Assembly (NCBI GenBank): GCA_963803435.1
Contig: CAWDML010000003.1
Location: forward strand, 352,001 to 416,000
DNA length: 64,000 nucleotides
Direction: 5' to 3'
DNA from: an uncultured delta proteobacterium
GTDB lineage: Bacteria; Myxococcota; Kuafuiibacteriia; Kuafuiibacteriales; Kuafuiibacteriaceae
Below are positions 22,680 through 31,669 of this stretch, in pieces. Made by a program: the position numbers and the translations under genes. Under the pieces are notes generated by a model. It ran no database searches, was not told where the DNA came from, and saw nothing but the letters and a program-made list of their open reading frames with translations. Numbering within the stretch: position 1 is the first letter of the stretch; each line of letters begins with the position of its first letter.

Positions 22680-23682
22680 ATGCAGCGAGATATCCACAGA
22701 AACTGGCGCGATCTCGATCAAGCCGAAGCGGCTGAACGTCGACAAGGACAGCCTCACTCCCGGGTACGGCAAGTTCTTCGCCGAGCCGCTCGAGCGCGGC
22801 TTCGGGATCACCATCGGCAACGCGCTCCGTCGCGTGCTGTTGTCGTCGCTCCAGGGCGCGGCCGTGACGTCGGTGCGCATCGACGGCGCGCTCCACGAGT
22901 TCACCTCGCTGCCCGGGATCACCGAGGACGTGGCGGACGTCATCCTCAACGTGAAGGACGTCCTCATCAAGATGGCCAGCTACGAGCAGAAGACCCTCCG
23001 CATCGACAAGAAGGGTCCCTGCATCGTCCGTGCGGCCGACATCGACACGCCCGAGGGCATCGAGATCCTGAACCCCGATCTGACCATCGCCACCGTGGGC
23101 GAGGACGGCCATCTCAAGATGGAGATGACCTGCCGCAAGGGGCGGGGCTACGTGCAGGCCGAGAACAACAAGACGGCCAACATGCCCACCGACGCCATCC
23201 CGATCGACGCGATCTTCTCGCCGGTGAAGAAGGTCAACTACCACGTGACCAACGCCCGCGTCGGCCAGCGGACCGACTACGACAAGCTCACGCTGGAGGT
23301 CTGGACCGACGTCTCCGTCAACCCGGAGGACGCGGTGGCGTACGCCGCCAAGATCATCAAGGACCAGCTCTCGATCTTCATCAACTTCGAGGAGGATCAG
23401 GAGCCGGAGATCATCGTGGAGCCGCAGCCGGAGGAGAAGTTCAACGAGAACCTGCTCCGCACTGTGGACGAGCTCGAGCTGTCGGTGCGTTCCGCCAACT
23501 GCCTGGCGAACGCGAACATCAAGTACATCGGTGACCTGGTGCAGAAGACCGAGAGCGAGATGCTCAAGACCAAGAACTTTGGCCGCAAGTCTCTGAAGGA
23601 GATCAAAGAGATCCTGTCGGAGATGGGCCTGTCGCTCGGCATGAAGCTGGACAACTGGCCGCCGAAGGATCTGAAGAAGTAG
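22680..23682 (+). CDS. rpoA: RNA polymerase alpha subunit (apparent +1 frameshift near 22716)
   Basis: [12 protein letters not shown] after a strong SD continues as IKPKRL...[22 protein letters not shown]...LSVRSANCL...NFGRKSL if one base is removed. Confidence 0.97.
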
Positions 23683-23690
23683 GCATCGTC

Positions 23691-24116
23691 ATGCGACATC
23701 GCAAAGCATTTCGAAAGTTCAGCCGGACCTCGTCGCACCGCCGCGCCCTGTTCAACAACCTGGCGATGGCGTTGATCGAGAATGGCCGGATCAAGACGAC
23801 GGACGCCAAGGCGAAGTCGCTGCGGAGCGTCGCGGAGAAGCTGGTCACCTTGGGCAAGAAGGGGACGCTCGACGCGCGCCGGCAGGTCTTCGCGCAGCTC
23901 GGTGGCGCCGGCAAGCACCCGCGCGACGGCATGGGACCGCACCGGGTCCACCGGACCGTGGACGCGCTCTTCGGCGACCTGGCGAGCCGCTTCAAGGATC
24001 GTCCGGGCGGCTACACGCGCGTGGTGAAGATCGGCGTCCGCCACGGCGACGCCGCCCCCATGTCGATCATCGAGTTCGTCGACTTCGAGCCCGGCCAGGG
24101 CGAAGCCGAGTCCTGA
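23691..24116 (+). CDS. rplQ: 50S ribosomal protein L17
   Basis: [21 protein letters not shown] and GDAAPM. Confidence 0.98.
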   Translation: MRHRKAFRKFSRTSSHRRALFNNLAMALIENGRIKTTDAKAKSLRSVAEKLVTLGKKGTLDARRQVFAQLGGAGKHPRDGMGPHRVHRTVDALFGDLASRFKDRPGGYTRVVKIGVRHGDAAPMSIIEFVDFEPGQGEAES

Positions 24117-24227
24117 GCCGCCCACCTCGACGGCAAGTACACACAGCCCCGCTGCGGTGGTCCTCACGTGAGAGCCACCACAATGCAACAGCAGCTCCCC
24201 TCGCCCGTCTATTACATGCGATAAACG

Positions 24228-24256
24228 AGTCGCCTTCCCGGACGGGGAAGCGATTC
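24228..24256 (+). terminator. GC-rich hairpin after rplQ (possible terminator or processing site)
   Basis: TCG-C-CTTCCC GGACG GGGAAG-CGA stem, but no U-tract follows. A second hairpin lies at 24156-24179. Confidence 0.3.
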
Positions 24257-24264
24257 GGCACCGG

Positions 24265-24297
24265 TTGACAGGAGTTCTGGGCCCGCCTACTAACCAT
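24265..24297 (+). promoter_or_regulatory. Candidate sigma70 promoter of the lipoprotein cluster
   Basis: Perfect TTGACA, 17 nt spacer, TACTAA (weak -10). Confidence 0.35.
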
Positions 24298-24354
24298 GGG
24301 CTCCCCGAGCGAAGCATTCGGTGCCTTTCGAAAGAGGAGCAAAGAGGAGAAGCA

Positions 24355-24945
24355 ATGATACGGCGGACCGCACTGTTGATTGCGTTGGCAATGCCCCTAG
24401 TCGCTTGTGGCGACGGCGGCACGAAGACGGCCGAAGGGCAGCTGACCCCCCGCGGACCCGTCGTCGAGTACCCGGAATGGGTGAACAAGGGATCGGGCGC
24501 CTTCGGCGGCGAGAAGAAGGTGTTCTACGGAGTCGGATCCGCCTCAGGCATCCGCAACCACTCGCTGGCCCGCTCCACCGCGGACAACCGCGCGCGCGCG
24601 GAGATCTCGAAGATCTTCGAGGTCTACTCGGCCTCTCTCATGAAGGACTACTCCGCCTCGACCACGGCGGGTGACTTCAGCGCTTCGTCGGAAGAGCAGC
24701 ACGTGGAGCAGGCGATCAAGACCTTCTCTGCGAATACGCTCAACGGCGTCGAGATCGTCGATCATTGGATCCACCCGACCGACGGCACGATCTACTCCCT
24801 GGCACGCCTCGATATCGCGGGCTTCATGGATCAGATCGATCGGGCCAAGGAGCTGAACGCTGCGGTGAAGGAGGCTGTGAAGCGCTCCGCCGCCAAATCG
24901 TTCGCAGATCTCGAGGCCGAGGAAGCGAAGCACGCCGACAACTGA
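24355..24945 (+). CDS. LPP20-family lipoprotein
   Basis: SD GAGGAG; lipobox LVAC; PEWV...YGVGSA...[11 protein letters not shown] pattern. Confidence 0.8.
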   Translation: MIRRTALLIALAMPLVACGDGGTKTAEGQLTPRGPVVEYPEWVNKGSGAFGGEKKVFYGVGSASGIRNHSLARSTADNRARAEISKIFEVYSASLMKDYSASTTAGDFSASSEEQHVEQAIKTFSANTLNGVEIVDHWIHPTDGTIYSLARLDIAGFMDQIDRAKELNAAVKEAVKRSAAKSFADLEAEEAKHADN

Positions 24946-24948
24946 GCC

Positions 24949-25620
24949 GTGTACACCAAGCCGGTGCGAGGGCTCTGGTCATCGCTGATGACGGTGTGGG
25001 TGTTCGGATGCGGGGGGAGCCAAGAGGTTCCTCCCGCGCCTCCGCCGCCCCCCATTCACGTCGAGGTTCCCGAGTGGGTCAATCATGTCCCGCGGAAGGC
25101 AGGTCAGATCTGTGCGACGGGCGCGGTGGATCCCACGTTCTACCGCCAGGACGGTCGCACGAGCTCGGCCGAGACGGCGCGGGGCGAGCTGGCCCGGACG
25201 ATTCAGGTGAAGGTCACCGCGGTGATGTACGACGAGCAGTCCAACTCGGGGAGCTATGTCGATCAGGCGATCGTCACCGAGGTGATCGGCTCCATCAGCG
25301 AGGCGGTCATCTCGGGCGCCGAGGTGGTCTCGTACTGGTACGACGAGTACGGCATGGTCTCGCGGCGCGGCATGACCTACGCGCTGGCCTGCATGCGCAC
25401 CGATCAGTCGGTGGCGGACCTGGCGGAGAAGCTCCAGGAAGCGTTCCCGGACAAGGGGAACGAGGACAAGATCGCAGCGGTGAAGGAGCGGGCGAAGGCC
25501 GCCTTCGACGAGCTGGAGAAGCTCGAGCAGGCGGACGGCAAGATCGCAGGACCTGCCGAGCCCGCGCCTCCGCCCATCGAAGCACCGGTCCAAGAGACCG
25601 CGGTCCCGGCCAGCGAGTGA
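24949..25620 (+). CDS. LPP20-like lipoprotein
   Basis: Lipobox VFGC, Pro linker, PEWV...ATGA...ARGELART...ISGAEVVSYW. Confidence 0.65.
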   Translation: MYTKPVRGLWSSLMTVWVFGCGGSQEVPPAPPPPPIHVEVPEWVNHVPRKAGQICATGAVDPTFYRQDGRTSSAETARGELARTIQVKVTAVMYDEQSNSGSYVDQAIVTEVIGSISEAVISGAEVVSYWYDEYGMVSRRGMTYALACMRTDQSVADLAEKLQEAFPDKGNEDKIAAVKERAKAAFDELEKLEQADGKIAGPAEPAPPPIEAPVQETAVPASE

Positions 25621-25636
25621 CCGCGAGGAGGATGTC

Positions 25637-26797
25637 ATGCTGAAGCGACCCATCACGGCCATGTTGATGCTCGGGGTCGGGCTCTGGCTGCACGGCTCGG
25701 CCTCGGCTGCGCCGCTGACACCGCGCCTGATCTACAAGCAATTCGGCAAGGCGGTGGTCCTGGTCTTCGGCACCGACGGCTCCGCGCAAGGCAGCGCGGG
25801 CACGGGCTCGATCATCAGCAAGGACGGCCAGATCATCACGAACGCCCACGTGGTGACCAAGGACGGCCGCCCCTTCAAGAAGGTCTTCGTCTATCTGAAG
25901 CCGGACAAGCTCACCGGCTCGATGAAGGACGACCTCTCGATGCGGTACAAGGCCACGATCATCGACATCGACGACAAGCTCGATCTGGCGCTCCTCCGCA
26001 TGGTGGAGCCGCCGAGCGACCTGGTGACCATCGACTTCGTCGATCCCGAGGCGGTCGAGATCGGCGAGCCGGTCGTCGCAATCGGGCACCCCGAGACGGG
26101 CGGTCTCTGGACCCTCACCACCGGCTCGATCTCGAGCGTGGTGGCCAACTTCCAGGGTGTCGAGGGCAAGGACGTGTTCCAGACGGAGGCCTCGGTGAAC
26201 CGCGGCAACTCGGGCGGGCCGCTGCTCAACGCGTACGGCCAGATGGTCGGGATCAACACCTGCATCTCGCGCCGCGCGGCCGACGGCCTCGCGATCACTG
26301 ACATCAACTTCAGCCTCAAGAGCTCCGTCGCGGTCGGCTGGTTGAACCGGCGCCGCCTCATGGAGGTCGCCTACGTGCGTCCACCCGACGAGAACACCGT
26401 GGTGGCCTCGGCGGATCCGCCGCCGTCCACGGCCAAGACGGAGAAGCCGCCGAAGGAGAAGTACACGGTGGACGGCGGCGACGGGAAGACGCTGGTCGCG
26501 GTGGTGGAGCCGGAGGCGGGTGAGCAGGTCGCGGACGATCCGGAGTTCTCTTCGGCCGCCAAGCCCACCGCCAACGTCTCGGCGACGGCGAAGCTCCCCA
26601 ACAACGCCACCAAGCCGGACAAGAAGGTGCGCCCCAAGCTCCTCACCAAGGCGCGCCCGTACAAGCTGGATCCCTTCGTGGCGGCCCGCGTCCGCGAGAT
26701 CAAGGATCTCGAGAAGATGATGGACGACATGAGCCAGGAGATCGAACGGAAGACGGGCAAGAAGCACAAGAAGTCGGACGGGATGGGCCTCTGGTAA
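25637..26797 (+). CDS. Secreted trypsin-like (S1C) serine protease without PDZ
   Basis: Signal peptide; catalytic triad motifs TNAHVV, DLALL and GNSGGPL; low-complexity C-terminus. Confidence 0.9.
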   Translation: MLKRPITAMLMLGVGLWLHGSASAAPLTPRLIYKQFGKAVVLVFGTDGSAQGSAGTGSIISKDGQIITNAHVVTKDGRPFKKVFVYLKPDKLTGSMKDDLSMRYKATIIDIDDKLDLALLRMVEPPSDLVTIDFVDPEAVEIGEPVVAIGHPETGGLWTLTTGSISSVVANFQGVEGKDVFQTEASVNRGNSGGPLLNAYGQMVGINTCISRRAADGLAITDINFSLKSSVAVGWLNRRRLMEVAYVRPPDENTVVASADPPPSTAKTEKPPKEKYTVDGGDGKTLVAVVEPEAGEQVADDPEFSSAAKPTANVSATAKLPNNATKPDKKVRPKLLTKARPYKLDPFVAARVREIKDLEKMMDDMSQEIERKTGKKHKKSDGMGLW

Positions 26798-26798
26798 C

Positions 26799-27962
26799 GT
26801 GCGCACGTCCACGCTGCTCCTGATCCTCGTCTCCTTCTCTTCGCCCGTGCTGGCCGCGGGGAAGAAGTCCGTCGCCGTGCTGCCGTTCGGCTCGCCGTCG
26901 CGCTGGTCCGAGATGGGCCACAACGCGCAGCCGACCTTCATCACCGAGCTCGTCAAGTCGAAGAAGGTCCGGGTCATCGACGAGAAGCACGCCGACTCAG
27001 CGGCCGCCCGCTTCGCCAAGGAGGCGAGCGGCCTCTACGATCAAGCCAAGGTTCGCCAGATCGGTCGCTTCCTGAAGGCCGACTACGTCCTCTCGGGACA
27101 GATCAGCTTCACGGGCGACGCGTTCACGATGACGGTGCATGTCACCAACGTCGAGACGTCGGAGCTCGAGATGGCCGAGGACGTCGACTTCCGCGAGGTC
27201 CCCAAGATGCGGGTCGCGGTGCGGACGCTAGCCAAGAAGGTGGCGGGTCTCATCAGCGGCGAGGAGGCCAAGACCGGCAAGCACGAGGCCTTCCTCAACG
27301 TCGATGCCCGCGACTTTTACGACACCGCCGAGGCCTGCGTGAAGGTCCTGGAGGGCCTCGATCGCTGGCGCTACGAGGGCGAGATCGACGCCGAGGTCTC
27401 GGCCAAGAAGGTCCACGTGAAGCTCTCGTACGGCAAGCCCAAGCCGGGCATGCCGCTGCAGGTGTTTGAAGAGGGCATCGGAGAGAACGACAAGCCGATC
27501 GGCGTGGTCTACGTGACCGAGCAGGACGAGGCCGGCTCGGGCTTCGTCGCCGAGTGGATCAAGGAGAAGGACCCGACCAAGAAGAAGCGGGGTGACTTCG
27601 GCTTGGGCGCGCGGGTCTCGAACGCGCGCTACAAATACCACATCGCGCTGGGCAAGCTCGACGACGAGGCCGAGGACAACGAATCACTGGTGAGCATGTT
27701 CAAGGAGAAGCTCACGGAGCGGTTCGAGGAGTCGGACAAGTTCGTGGCCAAAACCGAGACAGACGTGTCTAGGATCGCACTCGATCTGGGGAAGGGCAGC
27801 GCCCGCAAGTCGGATTTGAAGAAACTCCACGCGCTGGGCGTCGATTTCCTGATCGAAGGAAAGTTCATCGGCTCTCCGGGGCGCCGGAGGGCCGACTTCA
27901 CGGTGATCAGCACGGTCACAGGCGAGGTGTGGGGACGCCTCAAGTTCGAGACGCGGATCTGA
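26799..27962 (+). CDS. CsgG/FlgO/TolB-N-like periplasmic protein with possible FlgT-C-like middle domain
   Basis: Signal peptide; SVAVLPF...ITELVKSKKVRVID...QIGRFLKADYVLSG; a second similar alpha/beta unit near the C-terminus (LGVDFLIEG). Confidence 0.65.
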   Translation: MRTSTLLLILVSFSSPVLAAGKKSVAVLPFGSPSRWSEMGHNAQPTFITELVKSKKVRVIDEKHADSAAARFAKEASGLYDQAKVRQIGRFLKADYVLSGQISFTGDAFTMTVHVTNVETSELEMAEDVDFREVPKMRVAVRTLAKKVAGLISGEEAKTGKHEAFLNVDARDFYDTAEACVKVLEGLDRWRYEGEIDAEVSAKKVHVKLSYGKPKPGMPLQVFEEGIGENDKPIGVVYVTEQDEAGSGFVAEWIKEKDPTKKKRGDFGLGARVSNARYKYHIALGKLDDEAEDNESLVSMFKEKLTERFEESDKFVAKTETDVSRIALDLGKGSARKSDLKKLHALGVDFLIEGKFIGSPGRRRADFTVISTVTGEVWGRLKFETRI

Positions 27963-28025
27963 CCCCCTGCCGTCTTGTCTCCGCCCGAAGGGGCGTGCTA
28001 CCTCGCCATTCGTCAAGGAGACGCC

Positions 28026-28652
28026 ATGATGAAGCTCGTTCCCATCGCCTCTTCATTCGCCATGATCCTCGCGCTCGGCACGGTCGGGTGCGGGCCGAAA
28101 CGCCAGGTCACCCGCACCAACGCCGACAGCACCGAAGGCGGTGATCTGTCGGGATACTGGAACGACATCGACGCGCAGCAGGTTGCGAAGGCGATGGTCC
28201 AGCAGTGCCTGGAGAGCCCCTGGACGTCGGACTATCAGTCGGGCAACGCCGGCAAGAAGCCCGTGATCAAGCTGATGGGCGTGATCAAGCGGACGGACGA
28301 TCGCAACGTGAACACCGACTTCTTCGCGAAGCAGCTCGAGCGGACGCTGCTGAACTCGGGTCGAGTGCGCGTGGTCGCCGCCTACGGCCAGGACAGCATC
28401 AACGTCGCCGAGCGTGATCGCCAGGCCGTCCATGCCAGCGACGACACGGCGAAGAGCCACCAGAACGAGGTGGGCGCCGACTTCACCCTCCAGACGTGGG
28501 TCAACTCGCAGAATGAGACCGACGGCGGCGGCAAGGCCGTCCGCGCCTATCTCGTGAACATGGAGCTCGTGAGCGTCGAGACCAACGAGAAGGTGTGGAT
28601 CGGCGAGCAGCGAATCCGCAAGGTCGTGGAGCAGACCAAGGCCTCCTGGTGA
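28026..28652 (+). CDS. LpoB-like lipoprotein
   Basis: Lipobox TVGC; DLSGYWNDID, LERTLLNSGRV, GADFTL, MELVSVETNEKVWIG. Confidence 0.8.
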   Translation: MMKLVPIASSFAMILALGTVGCGPKRQVTRTNADSTEGGDLSGYWNDIDAQQVAKAMVQQCLESPWTSDYQSGNAGKKPVIKLMGVIKRTDDRNVNTDFFAKQLERTLLNSGRVRVVAAYGQDSINVAERDRQAVHASDDTAKSHQNEVGADFTLQTWVNSQNETDGGGKAVRAYLVNMELVSVETNEKVWIGEQRIRKVVEQTKASW

Positions 28653-29995
28653 TGCGTTCGCTCCTGCTCTTCCCCATCGTCGGGCTGGCTGTGGCCTGCT
28701 CGAACATGAACATCCAGCGCCACTACGAGGAGATGCGTCCCTCGATGGTCCGCGGCGACTGGAAGACCGCGGTCTCGCAGCTCGAGGATGCCAAGAAGCG
28801 TGGCATCTACGGCGAGCAAGATCGCGTCATGTACTGGCTCAACTATGGCACGGCCCTCCACTACGCCGGGGACTTCGAGAAGTCGCAGGGCGTGTTCGTC
28901 CAGGCCGAGCAAGCGATGCAGGACCTCTGGACCAAGTCGATCTCGGCAGAGGCGTCCAAGTTCCTGCTGAACGAGACCGTCCAGCCGTACCCGGGCGAGG
29001 ACTTCGAGAAGATCCTCCTGTACCTGTATACCGCGCTGAACGACGTCGACATGGGCAAGGTCCAGGACGCGCTGGTCGAGGCGCGGCGGGCCGACGAGTT
29101 CCTCAAGAAGATGCGCGTCGAGTACGAGAAGGAGGGTGGCATCGGCACCCTCTACAAGCAGGACGCGTTCATGCTCTGGCTGGTGGGGATGTTCTACGAG
29201 CTCGAGGGCAGCTGGAACGACGCGGAGCTGGCGTACCAGGCGGCATATCAGGCGTACCAGGGGAGCTACAGCGGGACCTTCGGGGTGGGCGCGCCCTCGT
29301 TCCTGGTGGAGGACATCGTCCGGACGGCCCAGCTCGCCGGCGACGGCCAGAGCGCCGACGAGTGGAGGTCCAAGGGCGGCACCGGCGAGACGGTCGACAA
29401 GCTGAAGCAGGGGATGGCGGAGATCGTCCTGATCTACGGGAGCGGTGAGTCTCCCCGGAAGATCGAGTTCACCATCAACCACCAGATGCCGGACGGCTAC
29501 GTGGCGCGGATCGCCCTGCCGAAGTTCAAGAAGGTGCCGCACCAGATCGCGTACTGCGAGGTCGACGTCGCAGGCACCACGATGCGGAGCCAGCCGATGG
29601 AGCCGGTCACCACGATCGCGCTCAAGAACTTCAAGGCCCAGCAGGGCGGCTTGACGGCGCGGGCCATCGCGCGCGCGGTCCTCAAGTATGCGGCCACGAA
29701 GGGGACCCAGAAGGCGGTGTCGGGCAACGGCAGCGACGGCAAGCGGGCGGCCGCCGGCGCGCTGCTCGGGCTGGCGGGCAACATCGCGGCCGCCGCCACC
29801 GAGGCGGCCGATCTGCGCTCCTGGACCACGCTCCCTGGAGAGATCGAGGTCGCCCGTCTGTGGGTGCCGCCGGGGCAGCAGACGCTGGACCTGAAGTTCT
29901 TCACACAATCCGGCGGCCAGGTGCGCACGATGAGCCTCCCGGTGTCCGTGAAGAACGGAGAGCGGAAGATCATCAGCGTGCGGACCTTCGAATGA
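28652..29995 (+). CDS. COG3014-like TPR-type lipoprotein
   Basis: Lipobox AVAC; LLNETVQPYPGEDFE, ALVEARR and ADLRSWTTLP motifs. Confidence 0.8.
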   Translation: MRSLLLFPIVGLAVACSNMNIQRHYEEMRPSMVRGDWKTAVSQLEDAKKRGIYGEQDRVMYWLNYGTALHYAGDFEKSQGVFVQAEQAMQDLWTKSISAEASKFLLNETVQPYPGEDFEKILLYLYTALNDVDMGKVQDALVEARRADEFLKKMRVEYEKEGGIGTLYKQDAFMLWLVGMFYELEGSWNDAELAYQAAYQAYQGSYSGTFGVGAPSFLVEDIVRTAQLAGDGQSADEWRSKGGTGETVDKLKQGMAEIVLIYGSGESPRKIEFTINHQMPDGYVARIALPKFKKVPHQIAYCEVDVAGTTMRSQPMEPVTTIALKNFKAQQGGLTARAIARAVLKYAATKGTQKAVSGNGSDGKRAAAGALLGLAGNIAAAATEAADLRSWTTLPGEIEVARLWVPPGQQTLDLKFFTQSGGQVRTMSLPVSVKNGERKIISVRTFE

Positions 29996-30052
29996 GAGCG
30001 CGCGCACGCGCTCCTTTTCGCGCGTGGGATCGGGTCATAACAAGGAGACGTC

Positions 30053-31669
30053 ATGAGGTTGGTTGCGCTGTTGGGATCGCTCTTTCTACTCACCGCCTGC
30101 GGCGGCGGCCAGAAGAGGACCGGCAACGGTGGAGTGCCGGCGAATGCACCCGAGTGGGTGTCGCGCGGGAGCGTCGTCCAGAAGGGATCGATCTACGGCG
30201 TCGGCTCGGTGTCCGGGATCGCGAACGCGCCGCTGGCGCAGGACACCGCGCGCAACCGGGCGCGGGCCGAGATCTCGCGGATCCTCGAGACCTACTCGGC
30301 GTCCTTGATGAAGGACTATCAGGCCTCGACGAGCGCCGGTGATCAGAGCGCCTCGTCCGAGGAGCAACGCGTCGAGCAGGCGATCAAGACCTTCTCCGCG
30401 AACCTCATGAACGGCACCGAGCAGAAGGACATGTGGCTCGACGGCAACCAGAACACCTGGTGGATCCTGGTCGAGCTCGACTTCGATCGTGCGCGCGAGG
30501 CCGCGGCGGCCCAGGCCCAGATGAGCAAGGGTCTCAAGGACTGGGTCGATCGAAACGGCGACAAGGTCCTCGGCGATCTCGAAGGCGAGACGCACGGTGG
30601 AGGCTCGGTCGGGTCGGATGATCCGCCGCCGTCGGCCGATCCGCCGCCGTCGGCCGATCCGCCGCCCCCTCCGAGGGATGAGGGGCCGCCGGCCAAGGTC
30701 GGTGGCGCCGCCCCGGCGTGGACGCAGGGCAACTGCGATCGCAAGACGTACCTCTGTGGTGTGGGCGACGGGCCCGACCGCAAGAGCGCCGACATCGATG
30801 CCCGGGCCGAGCTGGCGCGGATCTTCGAGTCCCACATCCAGTCCGTCGCGACCAGCTTCGAGGGGGCGGCCAGCACCATCAGCAACAAGACCGGCGAACA
30901 CTGGGTCGAAGTGCAGAAGGTCTCACAGTACTCCATGGTGTCGACCGACCGCGTGGTGACGATGTCCGAGATCATCGAGCGTTGGGACGATGGCAAGGGA
31001 CGGCTCTGGTCGCTGGCGGGGATCCACAAGGCCAAGGCAGGCGCCGCGCTCAGGGCTCAGATCGAGCAGAAGGACGACATCGTCTCGAGCGAGGTCTCAG
31101 CGGCGCGCGGCGAGTCCGACAAGCTGAAGCGTCTGCAGCACCTCAAGCGGGCGCTCGGCGCCTTCGCTGCGCGCGAGGCGATGAACTCGGATCTGATCGT
31201 GATCGACGGCCGCGGCGTCCCCGCGCCCGTGAAGCTCGCTGACCTGCTGGCACTCCTCGATCAAGCCTCCGGAGACCTGAAGCTGGTGATCGCGCTGTCA
31301 GGCAACGGCTCGGAGGCGGTGCGGGGCTGCCTGGAGCAGGCGCTCGGCGATCGCGGCTACCAGATCGAGGCCAACGCCGACGAGGACAGCGAGGACGAGC
31401 CCGAGGTGTCCGGAAAGTACGACGTCGTCATCAAGGGCACCGTCAAGAACGAGAAGCGCGGCAAGATCGGCAACAGCGAGGTCGTGATGACCACCGTGAC
31501 GCTCAAGCTGATCAACGGTCAGTCCGGGAAGACGCTCCGTACGATCACCGGGACCGAGAAGGGCTCGCGACGAACGGTGCAGGCTGCGGCCTCGACGTCC
31601 GCCGCGAAGATCTGCTCGCAGAAGGTCCCGAGTATGGTTCAGGACATCGATCGGTTCTTCGCGCGCTGA
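30053..31669 (+). CDS. Lipoprotein with two LPP20-like domains and a C-terminal alpha/beta domain
   Basis: Lipobox LTAC; APEWV...[11 protein letters not shown] and APAWT...ARAELARIF domains separated by a Pro-rich linker. Confidence 0.8.
   Translation: MRLVALLGSLFLLTACGGGQKRTGNGGVPANAPEWVSRGSVVQKGSIYGVGSVSGIANAPLAQDTARNRARAEISRILETYSASLMKDYQASTSAGDQSASSEEQRVEQAIKTFSANLMNGTEQKDMWLDGNQNTWWILVELDFDRAREAAAAQAQMSKGLKDWVDRNGDKVLGDLEGETHGGGSVGSDDPPPSADPPPSADPPPPPRDEGPPAKVGGAAPAWTQGNCDRKTYLCGVGDGPDRKSADIDARAELARIFESHIQSVATSFEGAASTISNKTGEHWVEVQKVSQYSMVSTDRVVTMSEIIERWDDGKGRLWSLAGIHKAKAGAALRAQIEQKDDIVSSEVSAARGESDKLKRLQHLKRALGAFAAREAMNSDLIVIDGRGVPAPVKLADLLALLDQASGDLKLVIALSGNGSEAVRGCLEQALGDRGYQIEANADEDSEDEPEVSGKYDVVIKGTVKNEKRGKIGNSEVVMTTVTLKLINGQSGKTLRTITGTEKGSRRTVQAAASTSAAKICSQKVPSMVQDIDRFFAR
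30620..30666 (+). repeat. 18-bp coding tandem repeat (DPPPSA, about 2.6 copies)
   Basis: GATCCGCCGCCGTCGGCC occurs twice, plus a partial third copy. Confidence 0.9.

Noticed and set aside
22680-22730. Programmed frameshift or true pseudogenisation of rpoA
   Set aside because: There is no slippery sequence, the gene is essential, and similar single-base insertions at GATC occur elsewhere in the window. A sequencing error is more parsimonious.
24117-24354. tRNA or other ncRNA in the rplQ downstream spacer
   Set aside because: Only two isolated hairpins are present, with no cloverleaf or T-loop consensus.
30620-30666. Direct repeats as a CRISPR array
   Set aside because: They are contiguous in-frame 18-mers without spacers, encode a Pro linker, and no cas genes are present.
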